A stretch of DNA of 64,000 bases from Trichoplax adhaerens (Eukaryota; Animalia; Placozoa). Under the pieces are notes generated by a model. That model searched no databases. It was not told the DNA's origin and saw nothing but the letters and a program-made list of their open reading frames with translations. The stretch covers positions 6,943,677 to 7,007,676 of the forward strand of contig NW_002060947.1 of assembly GCF_000150275.1 (NCBI RefSeq), written 5' to 3'. Shown in pieces: positions 29,026 through 42,860 of this stretch. The translations under genes were made by a program, and so were the position numbers. Position 1 is the first letter of the stretch. Each line of letters opens with the position of its first letter.

Positions 29026-29578
29026 GTCTCTATTTCAGCAGTTTACTATTATCTACGCTTTAATTTGTGATATGAATTACTCGCACCTTTATTCCTGTTA
29101 TTAATAATGAAATTTAGTGAGCGTTTAGCATGTCCGTTTGATCAACCTGTTAAAATTGATCATATAATACCATCTTATTGTCGCTTTTTGACGTATATAG
29201 TAAATGTTAATGATGTCAAAGAGCCTTTTTCGTCACATAAAATATTGTATCCAATAGTTTTAATTGGTGACAAGCTATTCAATTTACCTGATCATATTTA
29301 AACTGCTCCGATTATTAAATCACTAAATTTAGATGCTCTTTAGAATGGAAAGTACTAGTTGATTGATAGCGTCTCAAACACTTCTCTTAAAGTTTTCAAA
29401 GGATTAACACATTTGATTAAGGATTTATTTCGAGAATTACTCAGTTACGATTGAGAATCAAATGGTATATAAGAAAGTCAGAAGGCATCTATCGATCAGT
29501 TAAGACTAATTTGCTTATCAACGTAGTAAATCTTCTGTTAAAAATTGTCATAAAGAAGTTTAACACTGCTAATTTACT

Positions 29579-32158
29579 ATGGATAAAAGCGCCGAGAAAA
29601 TAGTGACTGGTTCTCCTCTTTCAGCTATTGTTGTAGAGAATAGAGAGAATGTCAGCAAGGAAAAAGTAGATATTATTCAAAAGTCCGAAGACATTGCTAG
29701 CGAAAATGATACAGTAGATGAGCATAGCAGTAATTCCAATGATAGTAAATCTGACAATAATGATGAAGATCATGACGTAAAACATGAGAAAGATGCTAAG
29801 AATAATGCCAGTGCTGATCCTGAATATTTTATGAAGGAAAGATCTGCTTTGGATGATCAGACTGTAACATCAACTTCAGCGACTGAAGATGAAAGTAAAG
29901 AAAAGTATGAACAGGATCCATTAAAGCATGAAAGCATTGCCCATAACCATAGCGGTAGCAGCAAGAAATCATCTAGCGACGATGATAGTATACCCCTGAG
30001 CGATGATATTGTAACTACCAGTGTATCCAATGATAGTGATGACAATGCTTCGGAGTTGCTTGTTAGCACACCACGAAAGAGGAATGATATAGCAGAATCG
30101 GAAGAAAATCATGAAGTAAAAAAGGTGTGATTGATAATTGATAAATTAACGCTGCAATTATGTTATGTACAATATTTATTCATAGCCTGCATTTAGAAAG
30201 TTAACGCTATATCTGATCAAGACCTTCTTCTGTAAAATTTTATATTTAAACTCGTGATTTGGTTAGCCGGTAAAATTTTTTTTGAGATCTACATTCTATG
30301 CAACCGCAATGAATATTTTTTATTACCGATTATTAATAAGGAATCTCTCTATTAGCAAGCCAACTTATTTGCATAGATGAATTTTCATATTTTTATAAAT
30401 GCAACAACAGGCACTAGAATTCCTTTTATTATATAGCCATACAATAATGCATATGATATTGGGTTAATTGCAACAATATAAGTGTTAGTAATGTAGATTG
30501 ATTATTCGTAAAGATCGCTCTTAAATTAGCACAATCGTTGCAGTCATAAAATTTTAGTTGTAGCTTAGTCATACCTTCATTTATACAATATTTGCTTATT
30601 CAGATTGTAGTAACATAAGCGTGAGTTAGACATTAAAAATGATTTAATGGATAGGCCACGTTGATAGTATGGTTAATGATTAAGTACTGCTAACATTCAA
30701 TTTAAAGCAGTAGTGATACCTCATTTACAAATTTATAAAAATATAAAAATTGTAATGATTGGAGATCATAGAGTAAACTTTGTTGCAATTTTATTTTAAG
30801 TTGCAGTGGAATAATTTTATTGGTAATAATAGTACCAGGTCCAGCTTAACCATTGATAATATAAAATCATAAAGGCTAGCTTCTAATGTTGCTTGTTTAC
30901 GTATTAGATGAAAAAGGATTCGGAAGATCAGGACTGCTTAGTAAAGGAAGGATATCCAAGAAAATTTAATACCGCGAAACGGAAACATAAGAAGTCTTGT
31001 TTAATCAACAGTAAATCGTCATCCTTTTGGTATCCAATTCCTAGCAAGTATTTAGTAATCACTGGGGCTAAAAAAGATACCTTGATAACATTACGCAAAT
31101 GTTCTAAGCATTCTGTAAGACAAAAGCAAGTTCCATATCGATTGCAAACTATTGACTCTAGTTTAAATCGGACGCCCGCTGGTACATGTTTTAAAAAACT
31201 CTTCGAGATGATATTTACTCATGGACAAATCACTGGTACAAAAGATTTGCAAGCCATCTTACGGTTTGGATTTTGCTATATACGCAAAAGCGACATGATT
31301 AAGAAGAGGATAAAAGAACGAACTAATTCATCTGATAAATCACTCTATTTTACTGCATCAGATATATTATACGCCATTAATGGTTTATTACCTTATTCAA
31401 TGCATGAAGGTACCTTACCGAATAGATTGCAGCGTACCATTGAACATATCTTCTACAATCAATTGTCGAAAGACTATCGTTCACAGCTAGATTGTCTTGT
31501 TAAAAAGCGAAATTTAATAATTATACAAGATCTGGATACGGATTGTGACGAAGTTGTCACTTATGAGATCAAATATAAGGATGATTCGAAAGTATATATT
31601 TTCTCCGAAGAAAATGATTATGTCACAGCTGAAGAGAACTTAATCCAGTCTCCTTTATGTATCGATTTAGTAAGAGGTAATAATTCTAATTTTGATTTAC
31701 GCTATGAATTAAATCGTATCAAAACAACGTCGAATTTGCAAGAGAAACCTTACAAGGTTATATCAGAACTTAATCAGGGCCACTTTAAGTTCAAAAATGA
31801 ATGCATCAAAATTAAGAAGAAGTATTGCAACAAGATTGAAAGTTTTAAAAAAGTGATTACAAAACGTTATACCAGCTCTGAAAGGACTATAAATAAAACA
31901 GTCAGTAATCCATTGTGGAAATGTTGTACCTATGTTGATAAGCAAGTCCATGAATATCATCATTTTGATGTACGTCAAAGGATTTTCAATAACAAGAATG
32001 TATATCTTGAGGCTCATTTTGAATTTAATGCTGAAGATTGGTATCAGCCAAGTAATGGAAAGTTATGTGATTCTGTAGTAAGTAACTTTTATAAATTTGG
32101 TCCTGAAGTTGTCTCGGTGTGGAAGGATAGTAATCATCGTTTCAGAATAGCTTGTTGA
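29579..32158 (+). CDS. Uncharacterised protein, paralog A (~598 aa: acidic disordered N-terminus, NLS-like patch, ~380-aa globular domain)
   Basis: Exon 29579-30124 (AAG|GT, phase 0) splices in frame to 30908-32158 (TAG|ATG). The C-terminal domain is clearly alignable with 46034-47275. Confidence 0.8.
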
Positions 32159-33069
32159 CAATATAAGATTACTGAGTGGAAGGAATTTGCTGAAATTATT
32201 TCTAGTCATAGGTATATTAAGTTCACGTATCTTCGTTTTTTATGATTACAAAAACACCTAGTTCACTAGTGCCTTGAGTAAATTTCTATATACCAACTTG
32301 GATCAATGACTATTAACTGTAAGCAATCAACAGGTATACAGGATTGATATTGTGTCAACGGTAATTTACTTTTACTTCCTGTTTTATATTCGATATATTG
32401 AACTGCAGTCTGTTTTCGTTAAGCCCTTATGTGTCTGTATCTTTCAATTTACCGTTCAATTAAATTGTATTTAAAGTGGAAAAATATGGTATTGTCAAAT
32501 GGCAGTCGATAGATTGATCTCATTCATGCTAGCAATTTTGTATCCATTTCGCTAAGGTAATAAAAAATAATAAATGTCCATATCAACATGAAGATATTTA
32601 TTGACATAATATGATGTAAAATTAGCTATAAATGAATAAATAGACGTAGGTTATGGTAGATGCTCGGATGTTCTGAACCTAATCAAGTAATAGATGTTCA
32701 ATAGTGGATTAGCAGTGGGGACTCTGCAATGCGGAGTCGTCATGACAATGATTGCGGCCATCTGCTATACCGCTCAATTGTGCAATCTTGGTTTTTGGAC
32801 TTGTTTGAGTACAGTAATCGCAGACGGCCTGACCCATATCCAATTTTGTAGAGTCCGCTTGCCGAGATTACCGCAATCACAAGTGCAAGTGGCTTACTTT
32901 GCTGGCATTTAGTGTAGTTTTGAACCTAGATCACTTGTATATTAATCACAAACTTTGGAAAGTAATATTATGCGGAATCATTAAATCAGCTTCTCCTTGA
33001 TGACTAGGGCAATTTCAGGCCAGAGGGGTTTTTTTTTTTTTTTTTGCCTCTTGGGCTTTGGCTTCCGTC

Positions 33070-33195
33070 CTTTGTACTGTACTTCTGCAGTGTATGGTAC
33101 TGTAAAAAGGTGGAGGAAAGTACTGTACAGTACAGTACAATATGGTAATGTACTACAGTACCGAGTACTGTATACTGTACAGCAAAGTACTGTAA
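33070..33195. repeat. Degenerate (CAGTA/TACTG)n microsatellite
   Basis: Runs such as TACTGTACAGTACAGTACA lie upstream of MSL3. Confidence 0.8.
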
Positions 33196-33477
33196 GGCAA
33201 GTGATTCTTTTTAGACGGATATTACAGTCCTTCAATCCTGGACCAGTGATTTCCATTTGTGGAAGTTGTTGTCAGTCCACGTTATTCTCGTTTCTCCACT
33301 GCTGTAAAAACTCCTTGTTAACTGATATTGGAAGCTATTTCAGCGATCACTAGGACAACATATACTCGTATGTTTTAATATACAGTAAAATTGAGAATTG
33401 GAGCCATTATTTCAATCATCATTGGGTAGAAAGAGTTTGCATTAGCGTTGCTCCTGCTATGCACCACCTATCAATCA

Positions 33478-36400
33478 ATGGCCAGTGGAAGCAGGATACC
33501 TTGCAGGTTTGAGGTTGGCGATAGTGTATTATGTTTCGAGCCCGACCCGACAAAGGCTAGAATTTTGTATGAGTCCAAGGTATGCGATTAGATATCAATA
33601 GGAATAATTACAATCAATTGAAAGTTGTTTTGAATCTTGAACGATAATATCCAACGGCTGACTACTGCTGTTAGATTAGTTGCTTTTTAGATTGTTCGTA
33701 TTACTGATACAGTTCTACTTCTATCGGTGTGCATACTACAGTACAACGACATTGAACCTTGTATTTTATTCATTAATGGATTGATACCAATACAATCATA
33801 ACATTCATGCATGCAATACATTGAAGCTCGTGTTTAGACATGGTTTGCTACTTCACTGAGCACGAAAGGCTATCCAGTATACGCGTATATACAGTATATA
33901 CATACTGTACAACTCGTCCTTGTACAGTGTTATCGTGATGGCCAGGGTAGTTGCCTCAACTTTGTTAACATTTTCAAACTTGTAATTGACGCCTAGACGT
34001 CCGCAATACGTGCTCCAATTGTGTTATCGTGGATATCTATAGGTTTCTTACTGGCGTGCTTTGCTCTCTTCAACGGTGAAAAGAAACACGCCAATTTTTA
34101 TTTTATTACTCTGTAGTCATCGTTGTAAATGATCGTGCATCGGCATGTTGTTCTTGTTACGTCGCGTAGTCACTTTGTATGAAACGCAATGATGCAGACT
34201 TTGAGTCAGTTGTGTACCATGACTGCAGTCAGCCTATTGGCGCCCTTTACACACTACGCACAAGTGGTTTGCCTCATACTGCACACTAGTACACAGTGAA
34301 AGACAAAAGCCCATTATTGCATTGACCTTAAAAGAAGAGTGTCGTTGCTGCATCTGAAGTACAGTACAGTCAGGTACCAGTGAGAGACCAGCACTCTGTC
34401 ACGGTGCTCTTTCGATACCCTTACGGAACGGAATGGAATGTTTACTATTGGACGCAATACGGTACAGTACGTTCACGGTCTGAATGTACTGTACACTGTA
34501 CACTGTACAGTATTCAAGATCTTGTGAGCCAGTCTAAAATTGTCGCTCGGCTCAAATCTGACTAAATGACTGATTTGACATCAATTCTTCAACAGTATAA
34601 TAATTTTAATTTGGAAGCATTTTCGCCACAGTAAAGTGACATAATTAGACAAATCTGAAGTTACTATCAATGGCATTCTAATTCTTGACTGTACGATAGG
34701 TTATCATTTTTCTTTATAAAGCCTTTCAATTGTATCTTGTATTTTTACAGGTAACCAATGTCGATTTCATTAAAGATGAATCTGGAAAGAAGACGCCACA
34801 CTACCGCATCCATTTTAAGGGATGGAGTCACAGGTAATCATTACTAGCACTGGTTACGCTATACAATTGAAGCTTAAAACCGTTAGAATAGCTTAAAAAT
34901 TACAGCTATTGCAGTACTGGGTACTTTTAGCATAAACACGCAGTTACCTTCTGTTTACTACCTTGCAGTATCCTTACTGTTATCTTTCTATATCATAAAT
35001 CGTAGAGTATTTCCTCTAATACTCACATAGACCTACAATGTCGACTTCTTTTATTATCATACTGAAACTTTGTGCAGTAGTCCAAGAATGCTAATATTAT
35101 AAGATAAACGGTGTAGAGCATACACACGATATCATCCCGTATCATGATTCGTGCAAGCTGTATAAAATAATGAAGATGGTGCTGTTTTATTTATCTTAAA
35201 CAATATTATATCTGTAGCTGGGACAGATGGGTATCAGAGACCAATATTTTAGAATATAATCAAGAAAATTTACGGTTTCAAGCGGAACTTCAAAAAAAAT
35301 TTACAAAGTAAGGAAAATCCCTTATTTGTTTATGTAACTTGCTGACTGTTATTGCTAAATTTCTTACGCACATGTTTCCACTAAAGTGGTTATACGGAAG
35401 TAATCTTACTTGTTATAATTCCGATTAAATCACTACAAGTATTGCATACAATGATTGAAATATGAATGCTATACTTATTGTTGTTGAGATATTCTCATGC
35501 AAGTATACCTTGCGAATCGATGCTACTTTTTTACACGCCAATAAATATTTGATTGTGACAGGAAAAAGAATGGCCGAACAAAACATTCGCAAGATAAAGA
35601 CAAGCGCAATGAAAGTATCCGTATATCTGGTAGGTTTTATGAATTAATTTGCGTATATGTCGATACTGTAACACTGTCAATAAATTATATTTGACGTCGT
35701 TGTGAGTAACATACTCGCAAAGGCTTATGATATTATACATTTACCATAAATTAGAACTGAATAATGTATTTTTTGATATGTAAGATGACGATTCGGAGAG
35801 TGTTAGGTCCCCAGCTTTGGTAAGAATCTTTGAAATTTGTTTTCATGAATAAAATCTATGACTTAATGATACTAACATTATTAGTAAATGATACCTGTGT
35901 TAGGCTTTTCTACAATAACGTCATTCATTAAATATAGGAAATTAATGAGAATGTAGCTTATTGGCATTTTGATCTCGTTACAGATTGAGAATAATGGGCT
36001 ATTCAGTTATGCTGACATAGAATTAAACATTCGCTTAAAGATGGAGTTAGAAAATGACTGCATTCGTGTGAAACGCAAAAACTTGGTAATAATAAAAATT
36101 TTTTAGGTTATTTTGACTATTTGAATTTATAATCTTTAAATACGGTATGTAGTTAATAAAAGTGCAACATTTTATTAAACTAACTGTGGATCAATAATGC
36201 TAGTACTGTACAATCAACTCAGTATTAATATCATTGTAAAGAACATAATGAAGAATGTTGTTCCGTAATTTATTTAGTGAGTATTTTGTAATCTTTTACT
36301 CGATTGTAGCTTGTAAGATTACCTAAGAGTCCGAACGTGTTAGACATTCTTAAGAGCTATTATGAACATGCAGAGACTTCCTTAATGGAAGGAGATAAGA

Positions 36401-37361
36401 ATGGGTACAGTATTATCATGATAGTATCACATCCCATAGTAAGTGCTTTATTGCACCATGATGTTGTAATACTAACAATTCTTTTCGAACTTTTTATCCG
36501 CAGTCATAACATCTTACGAGAAATTTTAGAAGGAATTCGAATTTATTTCGATTTTACCCTTCCGACATTACTTTTATATAACTGTGAGAAAATTCAGTAT
36601 AAACAGATACAAAGTATCATGACGGGAAGCAACGTTATTGCACCCACCTTAAAAAATGGCTCCTTTCAATCGCATTCTTCACCATGTATGAGTTAAGGAT
36701 AATGATACTACTTACTGAACAGAAGTGCCCTAGTTTAATACTTGAAACTAACCGTCGTGTCATTTTTACGTCACTTAGCGTATGACGAAGAAGAAATGTC
36801 GACTTTCTTAAGCCTAGCATCTGCGAAAATTGCTAATAAATATGATTTGACGTTGTTACCTTGCCAAGTTTATGGTGTCGAGCATCTTTTACGCCTTTTC
36901 GGTGCGTATTTAATTACGGGATTGTTTTTTGGGATGGTCAGCATATCAGGCTACAATTACTTCTATTCATTTAATTATGCTAAAGAGAAGTTATTACAAA
37001 TTATAAAACCTTAAAAATTTTTCAAATTTCTTTTTTAATCGGAATAGTTAAATTGCCGCAACTGTTATCTAAGAATGAGTTAACGACTGTAAAAGTTTCC
37101 ATTCTGGCCTATTATTTAACGGACTTTTTCAAGTAATTCATTTCACCTTTTAAAGTATTTTCTTAATTCTTCCTAGTAGTGAAATTCATGTATTTTTAGC
37201 AATTTTTAAATGTTTATGCAAAGGAAAAACAAGTTGTTTGCAAAACATTTAGTGATGTCTTGCATACTTTCTACAGCTATTTGTCAACTAGGGACGATTT
37301 GTTCAATGAAGAGAATTATCAAGAAAGAATCTCGAACTGCTTTGTGGAGGCTCTTCCATGA
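33478..37361 (+). CDS. MSL3: Male-specific lethal 3 homolog (chromo-barrel plus MRG domain)
   Basis: Exon 33478-33579 gives MASGSRIPCRFEVGDSVLCFEPDPTKARILYESK (CFEPDPTKAR is MSL3-diagnostic versus MRG15). Exon 34751-34833 gives YRIHFKGW and the exon from 35218 gives WDRWV. MRG domain: LENDC, LVRLP, EILEGIRIYFDFTLPTLLLY, PCQVYGVEHLLRLF|VKLPQLL. Stop at 37359-37361. Confidence 0.93.
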
Positions 37362-38003
37362 TGGTGCATCATGATATGATGATTAGGCAGATAAAATTTA
37401 TTTTGCAAGTGGTAGAATTAGCTAGGAGAATTCGACATAGGCGCTTAAGAAGTGCGTAGCCGATCCGGTGTTCATAAATGAGTTATCAGTTTGAGTTTTA
37501 CCACCGCTGTAAATTGACGGTAAAGAATTGCCTCCATTACACGCACTATTTCAACAACTTTCTTTAGGCCTTTCGCTCTGCAAAGCTGCCTAAGATCTTT
37601 ATTCAAGTAATACACATGCAACCTGACTAAAGTATCGTGTCTGTGGATAGGGTGCTCTTGTAACTGTTTTATCATATATTGGGAAATGATGTAAAGGCAC
37701 GTTTCCTTACGGCATTCAATGTACCAGCGCAGAATTGTATCAGTGATTATGGCCAAAACGCAAGGATGTTCTCTTTGTGATCTAGGTTACAAATACTGTT
37801 TACTTTCATGTTAGGAATCATACCGATATGTTGACTGTAGCAATCAATACAGCATTTTTAGAATCATATTTTACCATGAAATGGCATTTTGGTATTACTT
37901 TTGTTTTATTATATTTTACGACAATATACTGTACACTACGTAAACAATATAAAACACTATATATTATAAAATCAGTCGATTGCTATGTGTTGTATCATCT
38001 ATA

Positions 38004-39972
38004 TTACATATTATCATTACTGTCGTGTGGAGCGTTCTCAGTACTTGAGTAGGGTGCGCCTAAACCATACAAATGTCCACCGTAAACAGACTCATCAATG
38101 TCATTTTCAAAAAAAATCTGTAAATAAAACAATGAACATGAATTGGACTTTGGTATTTTTAATAACGATATACAAATACCGAATTACAAGCTCATTTTAC
38201 TGGAGAACTCAATTATTAAAGGCTGTCGACTCTAGTATTTATTTCCTGGGTACAGTATATTACAAAGACATTTACTCGATTAGTTAGTACAGCAATAGTA
38301 AGCAATACTATGTACCATCGATTGACGCCATTTACTCCTACAGTACTCCTGATTTAGCATAACGTCCACAGATTGATGATTTACTAGTTACTTATACTGA
38401 CTCGCAGAGACGATACGCTATGCTCCCTAGGCAATTCATATTTGATTAAACAGCCAATAAAGGTGTTCTACTAAATTCGTTATTCGAATAAGTAAGTAAC
38501 TATCATAAACTTACCATCTTCATTTTAAAGAAGGTATCGCCAGTAAGCATACTGTCACTTCCAGCTTGATGCTGTGGTCCAACGCGGTCCACCTATAGTT
38601 ATTTTATGTTCATAGTTATACGTACATAGTAACAGAGAGAAAAAGCATATAAAATATCTTATGATTTTATAAGTACTGTATTTTGCGTTATCTAATGTAA
38701 GTTATTGTCATGAACAATTTTCATCAATGTACTACAAGTAAAAGCAATTGATTACTAACTTGTAAGGCATCCGCGACCTCTTGTAGTCCGCCCTTCAAAG
38801 TTTTACAACTTTTCATAAGATATTTAATGTCGTAAATTGAGGGAAAATATACATGTAGTAGATCAAAAAATTCTGATTCCCCATTTGGTAAATCCGTGCA
38901 AGTCAGCAACCTCATCATATAAGCAAAGTCATAACCGCTAATGAATTAGAAATGGCATCGTTAAAAAGGCAAAGTATGCAAATAAACAAACTTATTGACA
39001 TGTAATGCAGCATAATAGTGTCAGTTGGATAAGTGATAGTTAATGTAACATCCTATTTGATATCAACGCTAATATCTACTCAAATCAGCTATCGGGCAGT
39101 TAGCAAACCTGTGAAAGGATAGCCAGGTAACATTGTCAGTAAGAACAATACCGGAAGTTATAAACAGTTCAGCAAAGTGATTAGGGTCGATTCCATCCTC
39201 TTCGTGGCGTTTGAATTGAATGCCAGATCGCTGCAGTAGCTCAATGGAGTCCTGTGCAGACATGTGTTCGCTATTGCAAGAAGATGAATGTTTATTAATT
39301 GATGTAATCGAGTAGAGGATATCGACGTTTATAGTTATCATAGTTGATCATAAACTTACGAAAGACTGAACTTGAAATTGAATTGCCATGTAGAAATACC
39401 ATGAGGTTTTTCACCACGTTCGTTCATAAAAGTCAAGCCAATTTGTATTATTCGTAGTATATCGACGTTACATTTCAATAAATTATATAAATAATCAGTT
39501 GGACTTTTAAAATCGCCAATGGGGCGAGCAACAACACCGGGAAATTCGGTATCCTGTATTAAGAATATGAGATACCTTTAAGATTAGATAAATATAAGCT
39601 AATGGATTTTAATTTGATTAACGTATATAGGGTAAGAGCATGTAAAGAATATCGCCTTTAGGACAGACTATCGCAGAAACGATTCTTATTTTTACTTTCA
39701 TATGGTAAGATCTGCAGTACTAAATTATAATTATACGTAAACCAAGCATGACGTAATGTGCAGGTAGAGTCGGATAAGAGAATATTGAAAATGGTAAAAT
39801 TGTATCGTTCGTATTAGTTACTTCGATAACAGAAAAATGGTTGCTTTGCAAAACTTACCATTCCTATGAAAGGAAAATCCTCCACAATATCACGAATTTT
39901 GTCAAATTCCTCCTCTAAGTTACTCTCCCAAATATCTTGGATACCATACTTGCTGGTTGTAGGCGCAGGCAT
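38004..39972 (-). CDS. CNOT7: CCR4-NOT deadenylase subunit CNOT7/8 (CAF1/POP2)
   Basis: [24 protein letters not shown]|[27 protein letters not shown]; WLSFHSGYDF; [21 protein letters not shown]; [11 protein letters not shown]; GHLYGLG; stop at 38004. Confidence 0.96.
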
Positions 39973-41148
39973 ATTATTGAAATGCCTCTGCATTGATATA
40001 CGTGTAATAAAGCCAAGTTAGATTCAACTGAATCAGTTAGTATCTTTGTTATTATGATTTATGGTAGACTACTATTAATCTTTCTATATTGATAATATTT
40101 TAGGCTATTGGCTGTAATAAGAACTTTTTATGATGCATAGCGTGCTATCTATGTTAACAAGTGCAACAAAGTTGGTGCGAAAATAGGTTATCGATCTTTT
40201 AGCAGGCAATTCTATTAAAGCACGTCCTTTCCTGAAAAGGCCTTGAATGTATACATATATATATATATACTGTACTATACGCATCTAATATATAAAAACT
40301 CTGTAAATAGTCTAAAAGCCGACAATTTCCCGCTATTCAATTGGCTCTATAGTACATGATTATACAACCATGAACTCCTAAAAAAGACCTCATCGATGAT
40401 GGTTACTCACTTTCATATTAGGCTATTGTCACGCAACCGCTTTGATGCTTAAATCGTCAATTGCAAAAAATGATCTATCGATGCTAATTGGAGACTGGTT
40501 TTTCAGCCAAAAAACGAATAGTAAGTTAGAAAGAAAGGACTAGACAATACTTTATAAACTGCTTTCTATAATAATTGATTTATGATGGGTTTCCCTATAT
40601 CGAAAAGCATTTTTGATTCCCAAAGAAAACGTGCCAATCGTATCACTGGCCTATTGATTCGACTATAAACTAACGCTATCCTCAGTGCTTACATTCTCGT
40701 AGCCTGGATAATGCAATGTTAAATCCACTTTCTTGGCTTGACTTAATAATCCACTTTAAATTGAAAATATTTCACAGTAATCGACGCTGTCACTGGCTTG
40801 ACTGATCCACAGCAAGAACTTAATGGCGGCCAAGGACTATCGTTGAAAGCGCTTACTACGCTTCTCTAGTGAGCAAGCGCAAACAACGTCGCTTCAGCTC
40901 GACTCACACGCAGGCGGAGTCGAGTGTGGTACAGGTCAAGTTTCACTACGTGGTCTATGAAGTTGAATCACAGTGGAAAACGTGATCCAGTACTATCGTG
41001 TTCACTCAGTACGGTACAGTACAGATTACTGCGAGTGAGTGCCAAGCGTCATACCATCATTGTTGTGCGTAGCGCACGGGTAGCTTCATCTACATCTGTA
41101 CCGTACGTACACTGAGTCATAGACTACTCGAAGAAATACCAAGACCTA

Positions 41149-41660
41149 CAACTCCTATGGATGGACAGACATCTGGCCTCCTTTGGTCAATCCATTGTGT
41201 CCAACATATAGGCAAGGTACGTTACGGTCCGACACGGTGCGCTGCGGTTCGATACCGTACTGTAATAATAATATTTATTTACTTATTCCGACGTTTCCAA
41301 ACTTATAAATTGCAGCTTAACCAACTCCTATGGATGGACAGACATCTGGCCTACTCTGGTCAATCCATTGTGTCCAACATATCGGTACGGTACGTTACGG
41401 TTCAACGCGGTACGCTGCGATTCCATACGGTACTATACTATTTATTTATTCCGACGTTTCCAAACTTCCAGTATAAATGGCAGCTTAACCAACTCCTATG
41501 GATGGACAGACATCTGGCCTACTCTGGTCAATCCATTGTGTCAAACATATAGGCACGGTCCGTTACGGTCCGATACGGTCCGATACGGTACTGTAATAAT
41601 ATGTATTCCGTTATTGACGACGTTTCCTAACTTCTAAATTACAGCTATACCGAACCTACA
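41149..41660. repeat. Tandem repeat, ~170-bp unit x3
   Basis: CAACTCCTATGGATGGACAGACATCTGGCCT at 41149, 41322 and 41490, each followed by (TACGG)-like low-complexity sequence. Confidence 0.93.
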
Positions 41661-41715
41661 GTACACAGTACAGCAGCAATGTAGGGTAGTAGTGACTAGC
41701 ACAGTAAGGACATTA

Positions 41716-42860
41716 GGGCCTGTTAAGATGAAAGATCAAACTCAACTCCATTTTTGACCTATGTAAAAACTCTTTTTTTAGTATCAAATGAGAAACGAGG
41801 GCAAATATAATTTACTGCGTATTGAAAATCTCGATTATTATAGTAAATACTATATGCAGAATGAGACCGCAAGTGATTTCAGCCCCAATTTCTGCTGACT
41901 CCACGACTGTAGCCTGCTGTACATTACACTCAGTCTCCACTAAATAACAGTAATACACCAACTGCAAAAGTCACTAGCGTACTTTATTCAATATCTGGAA
42001 ATAAATCAAGAATACTTCATCAGGCAAATTGTAGCATAGTCGACTATACTGCAGTATTGTAGGTATACTAGGGCCTGTCAAGATGAAAGACCAAACTCAA
42101 CTTCAATTTTTGCATATATAAAAATGCAAAAATTGTCAAATGGGAGATAAGCGCAAATAACACTGTACTGCGCATTGAAAATCTCGCCACTTTCAATCAA
42201 TATGATGAATGAGACCAAGACTGATTTCGGCCCAAATTTCTCGATACTCCACTACTCTGCTGTACAATTTGTAGAAAAAAAATATTTGATGATGTTACCC
42301 CTATCTACTCAGTGGACGACGTAATCCCATACATTCGATATTACAGTTTTTGCATTAATTTGTACAACATTGATCGCAAATACATAATTTGAATATCATA
42401 CGTATCAACAGGTAACTTTCTAAAATAAGAGACCTATGTGTATAGGAACTTCATTCAAAACGATGAGTCTTTTTTAAGCGTTTTACTGAGAGTTGTTACT
42501 CTTCAAACATATCGAAGAAAATGAAGCATATTGCAGAGTAATACAGCAACTGCAAAACTTTCTACCGTACTCTATTCAATAGTGGGAAATAAAGGATAAT
42601 TAGGGAAATTGTAGCGTAGCAGTACTCTTGCTACCATAAGGGCCCTATCAAGATGAAAGACCAAACTCAACTAAAAAAAATATTTGCCATCTATAAAATC
42701 TCTTTTGATTGTCATAGGAGAAACGAGGGCAATTATACTGTATTGCGTATTGAAAATCTGCACAATTTCAATAAATAGGCAGAATTACAAGACCGAGACT
42801 GGTTTCAACAAAAATTTCTCCATGCTCTGCTACTGTACTCTACTGGAGTACAGTACTACA
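41716..42860. repeat. Diverged tandem repeat, ~355-bp unit x3 (second copy has an insertion)
   Basis: GGGCC.T.TCAAGATGAAAGA.CAAACTCAACT at ~41716, ~42070 and ~42640. Shared downstream blocks TGCG.ATTGAAAATCT and GAGACC. Confidence 0.85.

Noticed and set aside
32981-33353. Overlapping ORFs upstream of MSL3
   Set aside because: Derived from poly-T and CAGTA low-complexity promoter sequence.
35615-35785. GTATCCGT as a third U12 donor in MSL3
   Set aside because: No convincing CCTTAAC branch point, and an in-phase U2 donor (G|GTAGGT) lies 15 nt downstream.
41285-41480. GAAACGTC on the minus strand resembling the helix III of minimal Penelope-type hammerhead ribozymes
   Set aside because: No CUGANGA core or helix II at the required position (reads CTGCAAT or CTGGAAG).
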